From assembly GCA_965249135.1 (NCBI GenBank), contig OZ252220.1:1024001-1088000 (forward strand): DNA of 64,000 nt, read 5' to 3'. The stretch is from Alphaproteobacteria bacterium (lineage in GTDB: Bacteria; Pseudomonadota; Alphaproteobacteria; GCA-2746255). Within the stretch, counting starts at the first letter, position 1. Every line of letters begins with the position of its first letter. Both the position numbers and the translations under genes were made by a program. Positions 47,714 to 57,758 of this stretch are shown piece after piece. Under the pieces are notes generated by a model. That model searched no databases. It saw only the letters and a program-made list of their open reading frames with translations, and had not been told where the DNA came from.

Positions 47714-48544
47714 CTAAGTAAATGACCCAAGGAGCCCGCCGCCGCCGGCCATCGCCGCCAGCGTCCACGGATTCGAAAAGCCAAGCATGCCTGCGGCGCC
47801 CAAGCCACCCAGCGCGCCGCCCATGATGCCGGCGCCCCGGTTGCTGTAAAGGGGCTGCTGAGAAGTCGCCGTCGATCCCGGCAGGCCCTGGACGATATTG
47901 TGATAAAGCCCGAGGCGCTCCCAAGGTTCGGTCTGCGGGAACTGGAAGCGATTGATTTCTTCCTGAAGATTCCGCCCAGCCAGATCTTCATGGGCAGCGC
48001 CAACGCTGGAGAGCGCCCCGATGTCCGTGTAGTCCGTGGCGCCCAGCATGGGTGCCATCATGGAATATTTTCCCATGCGGTCGCGCTCGCTCTCATAGGC
48101 CCCGTAGGCATAAGGCGCCGCCGCTTCCGTGAAGCCCCGCGATAGGGCCTCCGTCTGGCCCGCTCCCCCGCCGAGGCGCCCGGCGCCGGCGAACTGGCCG
48201 GAGACCCTTGGATTCACCTGGCTCCAGATGCTGCCGGAAACCGCGCCGAGATGCGGGTTCCCGGCCGTCAGATATTCTCCGCCAAGAGTCCTCTCGGCCT
48301 CCGCCTTGGCCGCATCCTCGACCGGCGATCCTTCGATGGCGCGGCCTTCCATGAGGGCAAGCGCCTGCCTGGTCTGCGGCGCGAACGGGACGACGGTGCT
48401 GTCCGGGAAGTAGGAAAAGGGCTGCCCGCTCAGGGTGCCGGCTTGGCTCGCGATCGACTGCACATGAGGCTTCAGATACTCGGGTGGCTCGCTCTTGTTG
48501 ATGACTTCTCGCGTACCTGAAGATCCGCCGCTGCTGCCGCCCAT
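47714..48544 (-). CDS. Ejection/DNA transfer protein
   Basis: MGGSSGG..PPEYLKP; G/A-rich C-terminus. Confidence 0.75.
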   Translation of the reverse strand: MGGSSGGSSGTREVINKSEPPEYLKPHVQSIASQAGTLSGQPFSYFPDSTVVPFAPQTRQALALMEGRAIEGSPVEDAAKAEAERTLGGEYLTAGNPHLGAVSGSIWSQVNPRVSGQFAGAGRLGGGAGQTEALSRGFTEAAAPYAYGAYESERDRMGKYSMMAPMLGATDYTDIGALSSVGAAHEDLAGRNLQEEINRFQFPQTEPWERLGLYHNIVQGLPGSTATSQQPLYSNRGAGIMGGALGGLGAAGMLGFSNPWTLAAMAGGGGLLGSFT

Positions 48545-48545
48545 A

Positions 48546-48977
48546 TCAGAGTTCCTTTTCCAAGATCACATGGGTCATCTCGTACCCTTTCGGCGCGAGT
48601 ATCCGCGCCCAGCCTTTTCGCGCTTCGTGCTTCATGCCCCTGCACCCGTTCGCCGCCGCCCACGCCTCAATCTCGTCCATAAAATGAAGCCATTCCTTCA
48701 TCCCGTTCCCGGTGCATCCGAAGATCTTGCAGACCGTCTTTCGCGGGTAGCGGACGATTTCGGTGATGGCGATGGCCAAAATGCCATCTCCTTCCGTCAC
48801 CCAGAGCTGCATGTCGCCGTTGACGATGAATTCGAAGATGCCGTCCGCCGTGATGCTGCCGCGCGACGCCGCCACGATCCCATCGACCAGTGGCAGAACC
48901 TGCCGCCAGACCTCGGCCACGGAGCTATCCGAGTACCGCGTCAGGGACAATTCGATGGGTTTTAGACATGACTCCAT
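48546..48977 (-). CDS. GNAT-like virion assembly protein
   Basis: MQLW...ITEIVRYP...WAAANGC...RKGWARIL. Confidence 0.7.
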   Translation of the reverse strand: MESCLKPIELSLTRYSDSSVAEVWRQVLPLVDGIVAASRGSITADGIFEFIVNGDMQLWVTEGDGILAIAITEIVRYPRKTVCKIFGCTGNGMKEWLHFMDEIEAWAAANGCRGMKHEARKGWARILAPKGYEMTHVILEKEL

Positions 48978-49057
48978 GTTCGTCCCGTCAGCACTTCAGA
49001 AATTCTTGATTGGCCCACTCCGGCCGGTTGGCTTTGATTTAAAGATTCGCATCTTCA

Positions 49058-49426
49058 TTACCCAAGAATCGCATAGCCAAACGTCCGGTCGGCGTTGGCG
49101 TTGTTGGCGTGGGTGATGGTTGCTGATTGTCCTGTTCTTGCGCTGACATACATGCCTCCGGCGCCGATTTCGGCTGCTGCGTTGGCCGTCAAAGGGACGA
49201 ACGGGATCACCGAACTCGGCCCGATCCGGATGTCGGTAAGCGTCGACGCCGCCTGATTGGCCGTCAGCGTGACCTCGCCGGTGGCCATGATCTTGCCTTC
49301 CTGGAGCTGGCGGATGGCATTCGCGAGCAGCCAGAAATTCTCCTCCGGGCTCGATTTGCCGTCATAGAACAGGGGCACGAACATGCTGACGTCTTGGGCC
49401 GATTTGCGCGGGCTCGCCACCGCCAT
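49058..49426 (-). CDS. Small virion protein
   Basis: TGEVTL...ITHANNANADRTFGYAILG. Confidence 0.65.
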   Translation of the reverse strand: MAVASPRKSAQDVSMFVPLFYDGKSSPEENFWLLANAIRQLQEGKIMATGEVTLTANQAASTLTDIRIGPSSVIPFVPLTANAAAEIGAGGMYVSARTGQSATITHANNANADRTFGYAILG

Positions 49427-50898
49427 CAGAAACTCCCCCGCAGCCTTGCTTCCGGGCCGATGCCGATGCCGTGGGTCCAGGTGGACCCGGCGGGGATCGT
49501 CATGCGGGCCGAATGATAGCGCGCCTTGTCCTCGTCGAATGGGCAGTAGCCGCCGGCCGTCATCGGCATCGGCGTCCCGAAACTGCGCGCCTCGGACTGC
49601 AGGTTCCGCCGGCCCAGCGCAATCTCAGGGGTGACGTCCGTCCCCTCGATCAGCGGCCAGGCACGTTTCACATAGGCCTTCTTGCCCGGGAAAATCTGGC
49701 CCTCGATGGTGTCCAGGGTCGCCTTCAGGTTGTTGCCGTCGAAGAAGGCGAGCTTATGGGACGAATCGAAGGTGCCGAGACGAACGGCGCCGCCGGTCCA
49801 CACACGGCTGTCCAGTGAAAAGGCAAGCGAATCGATGCCGCCGACGGCGTCCAGGCCCTCCAGGGTGTAGCCGGTGGTGAGCGCGCGTGCGAGAAGTTCG
49901 ACGTCGACCTCGGCATAGGCCCACCGGTTCGTCTGCCAGTTGAACATGATGATCGTGTCCGGCACCGGATTGGCCGAGGTAGGGAAGGCCCAGATGACGA
50001 GTTTGTTGATCGGATCGATGCCGGCGCAGACGCGGTTCGCGACCGAATCGTCGGCGTGGTCCCAGAACCAGCGGTCGACGCGCTCGCTGCCGATCGAATC
50101 GGACCTAACCCCGTTCTGGACGAAGAAGCCCTCTTCCGAGATGAAGAAGACGTTCCGGCCGTGGGCGATGACGGATTGCGGGAACGGCGTGCCGCGCCGC
50201 TTGTCGACGGGGTCGAAGCGGAAGATGGGTGGCGGCCCGACATAGGACATCCGGACGATCTGGCTCTCCAGGAAGACCAGGCCATAGTCGTAGCCGCCGA
50301 TGATCTTCTGGACCCAGCCGCCATCGGCCACGTCCTCGTAATCGCATTGCGTGGCCGCCGCCGGATCGAAGCCGGCCCCATCCCGGAAGGCGCTCCACCA
50401 CACCCGGTTCGGCACGTTGCCATCCGTCGCGTCGTTCGTGTTGCCGAGTACCAGGAAGGCGCGGATGGTGTCCATGTGCCGCGCCTTCGGCTTCAGGGCC
50501 GACGTGATGAGATCGGCGAAGTCGCCGCCGGCGCCCAGCGTCCGAAACTGAACCGGATCGGCCCAGTTCGTCGCCGCAATCAGATTGACGTAGCAGCAGA
50601 ATTCCCAGACCTCGTCGGCTGCCGTCGAATAACTGTCGGCCACCTTCGAGCGTTCCGTGAAGGTCTGGGCGGTGAGGTCATAGAGGTTCGTTGCCGTGCC
50701 GGCGATGACCTCTACATTGCCGGCCGAATCCCTGGCCGAAATCAAGCCGCGCGCCTGGGCGTCAAGGGCGTTGGTGAGCGAAACGAGATCCGGCAGCGGA
50801 CGATAGGTCTTGGCTGCAGGATAGACGTTCTTCATCTCCTGGGCGCCGCCCAACATGGCCGGCTGGTCCGGCATCCATTCTCCGAATTCGAGAATCAT
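49426..50898 (-). CDS. Tail nozzle / packaged-DNA stabilisation protein
   Basis: FGEWMPDQP, FLVLGN, RVWWSA, FFISEEGF, IGSERVDRWF. Confidence 0.8.
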   Translation of the reverse strand: MILEFGEWMPDQPAMLGGAQEMKNVYPAAKTYRPLPDLVSLTNALDAQARGLISARDSAGNVEVIAGTATNLYDLTAQTFTERSKVADSYSTAADEVWEFCCYVNLIAATNWADPVQFRTLGAGGDFADLITSALKPKARHMDTIRAFLVLGNTNDATDGNVPNRVWWSAFRDGAGFDPAAATQCDYEDVADGGWVQKIIGGYDYGLVFLESQIVRMSYVGPPPIFRFDPVDKRRGTPFPQSVIAHGRNVFFISEEGFFVQNGVRSDSIGSERVDRWFWDHADDSVANRVCAGIDPINKLVIWAFPTSANPVPDTIIMFNWQTNRWAYAEVDVELLARALTTGYTLEGLDAVGGIDSLAFSLDSRVWTGGAVRLGTFDSSHKLAFFDGNNLKATLDTIEGQIFPGKKAYVKRAWPLIEGTDVTPEIALGRRNLQSEARSFGTPMPMTAGGYCPFDEDKARYHSARMTIPAGSTWTHGIGIGPEARLRGSF

Positions 50899-51524
50899 GC
50901 GGCCGGCACCGCCGGGCGGGACTGGATCGGCGCGCCTGAGAACCGGTCGAGTTCATCGGCGTCCTTCACGCGGGCCTTGAGGCCGGAGTAATAGGCCTGC
51001 CATACCGGAATCCGCTCGTCTTCCTGGATGTATGGTGCTGCATGGCGGCAGCCGCCGTAGAGGTAGAGCCCGCTGGCATTGCCGAAGATCCAGTTCGTGT
51101 CGGCGTCATCCAAAAGCGTGGCGAAGGCCTGCCAATAGAGGATCTTGCCGGTATAGGCCGTGTCCGGGATCGGCCCGAGGATGATCTCCTCGCCCTCGAT
51201 CGTGTAAGCCTTCGGCGGCCCGGTTTCCGTGGAGACGTACTTCGCCCAGAAGTCCATCGGTGCCAGGAGTTCCAGCGGCTTGTTCGGGCCGCCGGCGATG
51301 TAGATGCGGCGCATGCCCACGTAGCGCGAAGGCAGACCGATGTTGCGGTCCCCGGAAGCGATCGTGAGATCCGCCGTTTGCTCCATGGCGCGGATGCGGA
51401 GATCGAGGTTCACGTCGTCTTCGGCGAGCTTGATGAATTCCGGGATGCGGTTCGTAAGGTTGACCGCATCCTTCAGGATGTTCTCCATCGCCGTCTTCAA
51501 CTCGCCGTAATTTGTGAGCGCCAT
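50895..51524 (-). CDS. Head-tail adaptor protein
   Basis: MALTNYGELK..IPEFIKLAE..LRIRAME..TNW..LYLYG. Confidence 0.82.
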   Translation of the reverse strand: MALTNYGELKTAMENILKDAVNLTNRIPEFIKLAEDDVNLDLRIRAMEQTADLTIASGDRNIGLPSRYVGMRRIYIAGGPNKPLELLAPMDFWAKYVSTETGPPKAYTIEGEEIILGPIPDTAYTGKILYWQAFATLLDDADTNWIFGNASGLYLYGGCRHAAPYIQEDERIPVWQAYYSGLKARVKDADELDRFSGAPIQSRPAVPAA

Positions 51525-51527
51525 GGC

Positions 51528-51854
51528 TTAGACGTCCCCCGGTGAAGTTCGCAGGGCCAGATTTTCCCCGCTGTTCAGGAAGGCGCGGAAGCGGGCCTGG
51601 TCGAGGATCGCGCCGTCCGGCTTGAGGATCCCCTGCTTGGCGAGTTCCAGGATGACGGTCGTCGGGATCGAGGCAACGCTCTTCAAGGCCTTCGACTTGG
51701 AAACGCCATTCCCCCCGGTGCGAAGTTCGTGGTTCGCCTTAAGGATCGGCCCGGCGTCCTGGGCCGAGTGGAGGTAGAACTTGTCCTCGCTCCAATCGAA
51801 CTGGAACGTCGTGATGATCCCGCCATGCTGGTCGAAAAGATGCCGTGTCGTCAT
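51528..51854 (-). CDS. Small phage protein
   Basis: QDAGPIL, VASIP, FLN..LRT; RBS GGAGG; upstream in-frame part looks like a deleted gene remnant. Confidence 0.65.
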   Translation of the reverse strand: MTTRHLFDQHGGIITTFQFDWSEDKFYLHSAQDAGPILKANHELRTGGNGVSKSKALKSVASIPTTVILELAKQGILKPDGAILDQARFRAFLNSGENLALRTSPGDV

Positions 51855-52046
51855 GGGCAGTCCAGGGCCTCCTTCACCGGTCTCAATCGAAATCGCCTGG
51901 CCGGCCGTCACGGTCGGCGTAGACGCCGCCGAAATGTTCTCGACGAGGACGTTGATGTAGCGTTCGTTGACGTTGATCTCATTGCCGGACGGGTCCTGCC
52001 AGGTCAATGGGTTAGGGTGTTTCTTGATTCGCAGAGGTGTTGACTA

Positions 52047-52200
52047 TGTCAGCGCTGGGGCCTGCACGCGAAAATGGCGTCAAGAACAAGGCCGCCGCCG
52101 AGCTTGGCCGGCTGGGCGGTCAGGCGCGGGCGAAGAAACTGAGTTAAGAAACGGCGGGCGGAGATTGCCAGGAAAGCTGCAAAAAAAAGATGGAAAAAAG
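52047..52200 (+). pseudogene. Frameshifted small basic protein (LGRxGG.ARA..L...RR.EIARKAA..RW type)
   Basis: AAAELGRLGGQARAKKLS-stop then RRAEIARKAAKKRW in another frame. Confidence 0.6.
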
Positions 52201-52249
52201 AGGAGTCTACTTGACACAAAACGAAGATTAGAGGAGTACACTTGTCACA
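52199..52249 (+). promoter_or_regulatory. Two 20-bp direct repeats (putative operators) over the promoter
   Basis: AGAGGAGTCTACTTGACACA and AGAGGAGTACACTTGTCACA, 31 bp apart, first contains TTGACA. Confidence 0.6.
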
Positions 52250-52274
52250 GCTTGGGGCAAGCAGGATTCCAATA

Positions 52275-52943
52275 ATGATCGATTACTCAGCCCGCCTTTC
52301 AGCGGCATATCCGAAAACCACATATTCCGCGACGTTGCGCGGATTGAGGGAAGGCGCCGCCTTCGGCGACGAAGCAATTAAGGGCATACCAATGTTCGGC
52401 ACCCCTGTGGGCCGCGATCTTCGGGGGCTGGTACGCCGCGCGGGGGTACTGCATCGAATCCAGCAAATGTGTCGCGCAGGTGATCTACCTTTCCAATGTG
52501 AAATGATCCCTATGCCGCGAGGCAGTTGGCATTGGTTAGAACTATACAGCGCCAACATAATCTCGCATCCCGTTCGGACTGCCGATCATATTTCCTTCCC
52601 GGAAGACACTCCCAATCGCCAAGACCAGAGGACGCGGAATCAGGGGGGCTTATTTGAAGACGCCAATGTGGTTCCTGTCTCCAGTGAATCTACATTGTAC
52701 GCTTGGCTTTGCTATGGCGTAACTCGCAATGGTGCATTGACTCACGCGTGCTGGAACATGCCATCGGCGGCAAACGAAGAATGGCTCGCGCGCATTGACA
52801 TTTTGAACGCGGTTCGCGAGGAACAGTTATCTCAAGAGACGCCCTCAACGGAGAAAGTAGACCCAAGGGAAGCAATGAGCTTTAGGGACTCTATTGCCGC
52901 GACAATCGAGGGGCTAGACAAAGATAAAGATGAAAAAAAATGA
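52275..52943 (+). CDS. Putative toxin (RmrT-like)
   Basis: Coupled (ATGA) to HTH-Zn peptidase gene; opposite strand to phage genes. Confidence 0.6.
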   Translation: MIDYSARLSAAYPKTTYSATLRGLREGAAFGDEAIKGIPMFGTPVGRDLRGLVRRAGVLHRIQQMCRAGDLPFQCEMIPMPRGSWHWLELYSANIISHPVRTADHISFPEDTPNRQDQRTRNQGGLFEDANVVPVSSESTLYAWLCYGVTRNGALTHACWNMPSAANEEWLARIDILNAVREEQLSQETPSTEKVDPREAMSFRDSIAATIEGLDKDKDEKK

Positions 52944-54046
52944 GTGTCCCTTCGCGCATTCTACCCGAAAGAATTCGGGAGGCCCGAGAGTCGATTGGTC
53001 TTACCGATGAACAGTTTGCCGAGGAAATCGGCGTCACCCGTCAATCTGTGGGTCATTTTGAAACAGGTCAGTCTCGCCCAAGCGGAGAGACGTTCAGCAG
53101 AATAATTTCTGTCACCGGCCAACCGCCAAGTTTCTTCACGACAGCTCGCCATCGTGACAGGTTTCGCGTCCCGAACTGGCGAAGTCTTAAACGTATGCAG
53201 AGGCCGGATCGGCTCCGAATTGCCCGTAAGTTGGAGTGGGCTTACGACGTGGTCGAGTTCATAGAGCAGTTCATCAATCTGCCGCCCGTCAATATTTCGG
53301 AGAACGAATTTGACTATGAACGAGACGGTAACGAAAAGATCGAGTGTATTGCCGAGGAGTTGAGAGAAAGTTGGGGGCTAGGGGTCGGCCCCATCTCAGA
53401 CCTTCCGCCAACTTTAGAATATAACGGGATAATACTGATCCAATATCCTGTGGATTGTGAAGACATGGACGCCGTATCTCGCTGGCAAGGGGGGCGACCA
53501 TATATTTTGTACTCAAAGGACAACGAAAGTATACCGCGTTGCCTGTTCAACTTGGCGCACGAGCTTGGACACTTAGTGCTCCATAGCAGTGTCGAAGTTA
53601 ATAGCAAGAATCTCGACCGCATGGAGAGGCAAGCCAACAGATTTGCTGGCGCATTTCTATTACCTCGATCCTCATTCCCCACCGAAGTCGCCAGCACATC
53701 GATTGATTATTTTCTGTTTCTGAAAGAGCGGTGGAAGGTTTCTACGGCTGCAATGGTTTATCGTTGTAAAGAGCTAGGGATATTGAACATTAATCAAGTC
53801 AAATACTTGTGGAAACAAATGAACGCCCGACGTATTCGGAAGGTGGAACCGCTAGACCAAGCATTCCCGATTTCGGACCCAACAATATTAGAGTCTGCGG
53901 TCGAGATGCTGTTGGAGAATGGCGTTCAAAAGGCTTCTGAAATATCTGAGGCCCTCGCGCTCAATCCTAGAGATATTGAAACTTTGTGCGGATTACCAGC
54001 GGAGCGTCTAGAAACGAAAGTAGTACCCTTGCGACTTATAAACTAA
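52940..54046 (+). CDS. XRE HTH plus ImmA/IrrE metallopeptidase (RmrA-like antitoxin)
   Basis: N-terminal HTH; FNLAHELGHLVLH...ERQANRFAGAFLLP. Confidence 0.9.
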   Translation: MSVPSRILPERIREARESIGLTDEQFAEEIGVTRQSVGHFETGQSRPSGETFSRIISVTGQPPSFFTTARHRDRFRVPNWRSLKRMQRPDRLRIARKLEWAYDVVEFIEQFINLPPVNISENEFDYERDGNEKIECIAEELRESWGLGVGPISDLPPTLEYNGIILIQYPVDCEDMDAVSRWQGGRPYILYSKDNESIPRCLFNLAHELGHLVLHSSVEVNSKNLDRMERQANRFAGAFLLPRSSFPTEVASTSIDYFLFLKERWKVSTAAMVYRCKELGILNINQVKYLWKQMNARRIRKVEPLDQAFPISDPTILESAVEMLLENGVQKASEISEALALNPRDIETLCGLPAERLETKVVPLRLIN

Positions 54047-54105
54047 ACTTTTTCTTGACGCCAAGCATGACTGGAGGTGGCAAGCTTTGCAACCGTTGCA
54101 GCGGG

Positions 54106-54381
54106 CTACAAAGCAGCGGCGGTTGTTGATCTGTATGAGTGATCTACATGGGGGTCAGCTTCTAGACGCTTACAATGATCGTAAATTATCTCGCCTAATA
54201 TCGTTAGGCTGACCCCCCATTTCCGCGCCAGCCATTCGAACGTCATCCCGCGTTCGTGAATCTCAAAACACAAGATTTCACCAAAACTATTCCCGCACCC
54301 TGTAGGCTGTGCCTCGTATTGCTCCTCTATCAAGCGGCGACAACGCTCAATATATGGTTCTTCGATGCCAAGTCTGATCAT
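54106..54381 (-). CDS. Hypothetical protein
   Basis: HTH-like LARKWGVSL; starts next to an IS-like end. Confidence 0.4.
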   Translation of the reverse strand: MIRLGIEEPYIERCRRLIEEQYEAQPTGCGNSFGEILCFEIHERGMTFEWLARKWGVSLTILGEIIYDHCKRLEADPHVDHSYRSTTAAAL

Positions 54382-54688
54382 TTTCAAACTGATGCACTAC
54401 CGAAAATTTTGCCCTCATCCGCCTTCTTCCGGATTCACAAAAACTTTTGTACCCAACAACGCTCTGGGCGCCATGGCCAAGGTGCCATAGAGGTTACAGC
54501 AGACTTCCGGAACGGCAACCCCCGCTCAGAACACGGCCTCCAGACGGCCAAGACGGTGAACAGCAGGAGGGCGGGCAAGCCCGCGAAGAGTTTTTTCATC
54601 GCTCCGTTTCTTAAGTGGAGAAAGGGAAGAAACGGCCCCACCCCCCAGGAAGGTAAGAGATGGGGCCGATCCTCAGCAGGGTTTCTGC

Positions 54689-55633
54689 TTACGAGGTTGT
54701 CAGATCCGCGACGATACCCGATGCCGCCTCATTGGAGGCCTGCAGCGTGTACTCGACGAGAAGCTGTTTGCGCTCGGTGTCGCCCGTCTTCGCAAGGTCC
54801 TTGATCTGGAAGGGCCGCAAGTAAGCGGTCTTCCACATGTCCTTCTGAAGAACAAGGGCAACGTCAGCAGGCTGGAAGCGGTTCGGAACCACATGCAGCA
54901 TTCCCCATTCCGATTCGTAGTAATCGATCGAGGAATGCAACGTGCGATGTTCCGCCTGCACTTCACGGATCGCGTTGCCGGTGAACGTCGAGATCTGGCC
55001 CTTGTTGAAAGAGCCGGTCATGACGCAATCCGGATCGCCACCCGCATCCCAGGCTGCCTGCAGAACCGTCTGAAGGAACGACTCCAAGAAGGCGCGGGCG
55101 GTGCCAGCTACCCTGGCATCCGTGCCATCCCCGGTCGGGGCCGTTCCACCGGAATCCTTGCTCTCGTTCGTTGCAATCCAGGAAACAATTCCAGCCAGCT
55201 CACGGGCGGTGGTGTCGTTACCGGCCACCTTGGCGTTGTTCGCAAGGAGCGAGGTTTCGATGTCGCGTTTGAGCTCCTTGGCTCGCTTCGCGGCCTGGTA
55301 GGACATTTCGTCGTCCCGGCCTGCCTTGAGAACCGCGTTTTGGGTGCCGGTCACACGCGGAACCTTGTCGGAGATCTGCGTGTGGTTTCCCCTTCGGACC
55401 GAAGCCGTGGCGGCATCCGTCGTGGCATCGTCGCCTTCGATCACCGCATTCGTACCGGATGCGGCAGCCAAGGTGTCGGTCTGCCATTCGTGATTGCTTG
55501 CCGTGGCTTCGCCCTTCGGGATGCCATTCAGGAACGGGGTATCCACCGGAGCGATGTTGTAGATGATGTCCGAGAGATCTTCCCGATTCCCGATGGCGTC
55601 GTAGGACGAAAACGTACTCGCCGGTTGGGCCAT
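54689..55633 (-). CDS. Major capsid protein (DUF5309/SU10-like)
   Basis: GNREDLSDIIYNIAPVDTPF, HEWQTD, LKRDIE, LAKTGD, EYTL. Confidence 0.92.
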   Translation of the reverse strand: MAQPASTFSSYDAIGNREDLSDIIYNIAPVDTPFLNGIPKGEATASNHEWQTDTLAAASGTNAVIEGDDATTDAATASVRRGNHTQISDKVPRVTGTQNAVLKAGRDDEMSYQAAKRAKELKRDIETSLLANNAKVAGNDTTARELAGIVSWIATNESKDSGGTAPTGDGTDARVAGTARAFLESFLQTVLQAAWDAGGDPDCVMTGSFNKGQISTFTGNAIREVQAEHRTLHSSIDYYESEWGMLHVVPNRFQPADVALVLQKDMWKTAYLRPFQIKDLAKTGDTERKQLLVEYTLQASNEAASGIVADLTTS

Positions 55634-55685
55634 AGCCCTGTCCTTTCTTCATCGGGAAAGACCCAGGGCCGTTGGATGACTCGCT

Positions 55686-56834
55686 TTACGCGAAGCCCCC
55701 CTTTCTGAGGGCTGCGGCTGCGGAATCCGCCGTCTGGGTCTTTCGGTGATTGGAGATCGCAGCGCCGGCTTGATCGCGTTGGGCTTGGCCCTTCGGCTTC
55801 GGAGTTCCTGATTTCAGGTATTTCGGCTTGCCCGTGAGCTTCTTACGAGTGGCAGGAGCCTGGGCCTTGAGTTCCCGGTACGCGATGGCATCCTGCATCA
55901 CGGAGAACGCGCGGTGATCGCCGATTGCATCGAGATCGTTCCGCGTCAGTCCGTAATGAAGTTCCGCCTTGTCCTGGAACACCTGGCGGGTTTCCGCGCC
56001 CTTTACGGGGTCCACGAATTCCGGCCACACTTCGCCCAGCTTCACCAACTCCGCGTTCCGGTGCTCAAGTGCTTTGGCGGAGACGTGGGCGTTGTGCTGC
56101 TGGAAGTGAAGACCAAGTCCTTGCTTCTGTTCGTCGTATTGCTTTCGGGTTGCCTGAATCTTGTTCGAGACTTCCCGGTGATAGGCCGGGTCCATCTCGA
56201 AAAGCGTGTCCATGTCGATCGCTTCGACCTGGCCTTCAAACAGGGCCTCCGCAGCCTGGAGCTGACCCGTCACTTCGTTCAGCCATTGCTGCGTCGCGCC
56301 GGCGACTTGAGTCTGAACCGTTTCAAACTCCTGCTTCTCCTTAGAAAGCTGCGCCGTCTTTACGCGATAGTCTTTCTCCATCTGATGACCGTCTCGGAGT
56401 TCCGCTAAGGTGACTTCCGTCGTCTCGCCGTTCACCTTGATCGTCGTCTTCAGGGTGGAAAGGAGCGTTTTCTCGTCCATGCCCGGAATCTCTTCGGCCA
56501 AGGCGGCCAGCGTTTCTGGAAGTTCATAGGGCTCGTCTGGTTCTTCAGCTGGTTCCCCGTCCGGGGTTTCATCCTCGTCCGGGGTCTCGTCTGGCTCCTC
56601 TTCTTCCGCACCTTCGGGCGGGGTTTCCTCCGGGGTCCCGGCCGGCGGCGTTTCGCTCGCCGGCGTCTCCTCGGGGGTCTCCTCTGCCTTTGCAGGCGGC
56701 GTCTCGGGGTTGGCTTTCGGAGTTCGATCTTCGGAGGCGGGTGGCACTAAAGGCTCCGCCATGAATCCTGAGATCAGGCTTGCTGCGTTATCTAAAGAAG
56801 CGGCTCCCTCGGGGTTGGCCGGTTCGTTTGCCAT
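55686..56834 (-). CDS. Capsid scaffolding protein
   Basis: Acidic N-terminus; IKVNGE..VTLAEL..G....DY..KT; DHR. Confidence 0.85.
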   Translation of the reverse strand: MANEPANPEGAASLDNAASLISGFMAEPLVPPASEDRTPKANPETPPAKAEETPEETPASETPPAGTPEETPPEGAEEEEPDETPDEDETPDGEPAEEPDEPYELPETLAALAEEIPGMDEKTLLSTLKTTIKVNGETTEVTLAELRDGHQMEKDYRVKTAQLSKEKQEFETVQTQVAGATQQWLNEVTGQLQAAEALFEGQVEAIDMDTLFEMDPAYHREVSNKIQATRKQYDEQKQGLGLHFQQHNAHVSAKALEHRNAELVKLGEVWPEFVDPVKGAETRQVFQDKAELHYGLTRNDLDAIGDHRAFSVMQDAIAYRELKAQAPATRKKLTGKPKYLKSGTPKPKGQAQRDQAGAAISNHRKTQTADSAAAALRKGGFA

Positions 56835-56850
56835 CGGTCTTGCCTTTCTT

Positions 56851-57165
56851 CTAGCGGCTCCCGAACTTAGCGAGAAATTTCTGCAGGATCGGGTTGGCCA
56901 TGGGGGTAAGTCGCGGGTTCATCCCTGGTGGGCCATTCCCCCAGGGATCGATGTTCGTTGGGAAGGGTGGCGCCGGTGGCCTCTGTGGCGGCGGCGTCAT
57001 CATCGGGACGCCGTCCGGTCCTTGGTTCTGGCCTTGACCAAACAGGCCGGCGCCACTCATCAGCATTTGGGCGAAGGCGTTCGATCCGAAGATGCCGCCC
57101 ATTCCACCAGCGCCGCCAGAAGCGGCGGCCATGGCAACGGGTGGGATTGCTGGCAAAAATGGCAT
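56851..57165 (-). CDS. G/P/M-rich small protein
   Basis: RBS GGAGG; coupled to upstream stop. Confidence 0.5.
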   Translation of the reverse strand: MPFLPAIPPVAMAAASGGAGGMGGIFGSNAFAQMLMSGAGLFGQGQNQGPDGVPMMTPPPQRPPAPPFPTNIDPWGNGPPGMNPRLTPMANPILQKFLAKFGSR

Positions 57166-57512
57166 TAACTTGCCCTCCGGAAGCGGGATGGCTTGGTGGC
57201 ATCCCTGCCCTTTTTAAGGAACGGCTTGCGCGGCTCCTTCCCGGTTTTGAATGCGTTCAGTTGCCGGGCCGCCATGTCGCCGGTGTCCATGATGTCGATG
57301 AAGAACTCCTCGAACATCTTGAAGGCGAAGAGCGCCATGTAGAGACGTTCCCGCTCTTCCTGGTTGCGCGGCGCGGTCGCCTCCATCGCCTCATGGAGGC
57401 GCTTGCGGACCGCCTTGAAGCCTTCCTGCACCATCGGATGCGTGGCGAGCCTTTCGGCCTCGACGGCCCGGTTGACCTCTTGCTGGCGCTCAAACTGGTC
57501 GTTTTCGTTCAT
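57165..57512 (-). CDS. Phage protein between portal and scaffold
   Basis: AERLATHP..ERERLY...DTGDMA. Confidence 0.7.
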   Translation of the reverse strand: MNENDQFERQQEVNRAVEAERLATHPMVQEGFKAVRKRLHEAMEATAPRNQEERERLYMALFAFKMFEEFFIDIMDTGDMAARQLNAFKTGKEPRKPFLKKGRDATKPSRFRRAS

Positions 57513-57758
57513 GGCGTCAGGCCCGGCAGGTTTTGACGAATTTCGACGAAATTTGACGAGAGGACGCCGGCGGCCGCCCGCCGGCTTCCCATCAATAGGA
57601 CATCTTTTTCGAAGAGCGGCCCTTCTTGCCACTGTTCAGGGAGCGATCCTTGAGCTTGGACTCCGTGACGTTCGCGTTCGGCTTGAACCCTTGGTCAAGG
57701 TTGCCCTTGGATGCTCCCTTTGCCATCACGCGGCGCTTGCTTGCCATCGGTTTTCCTT

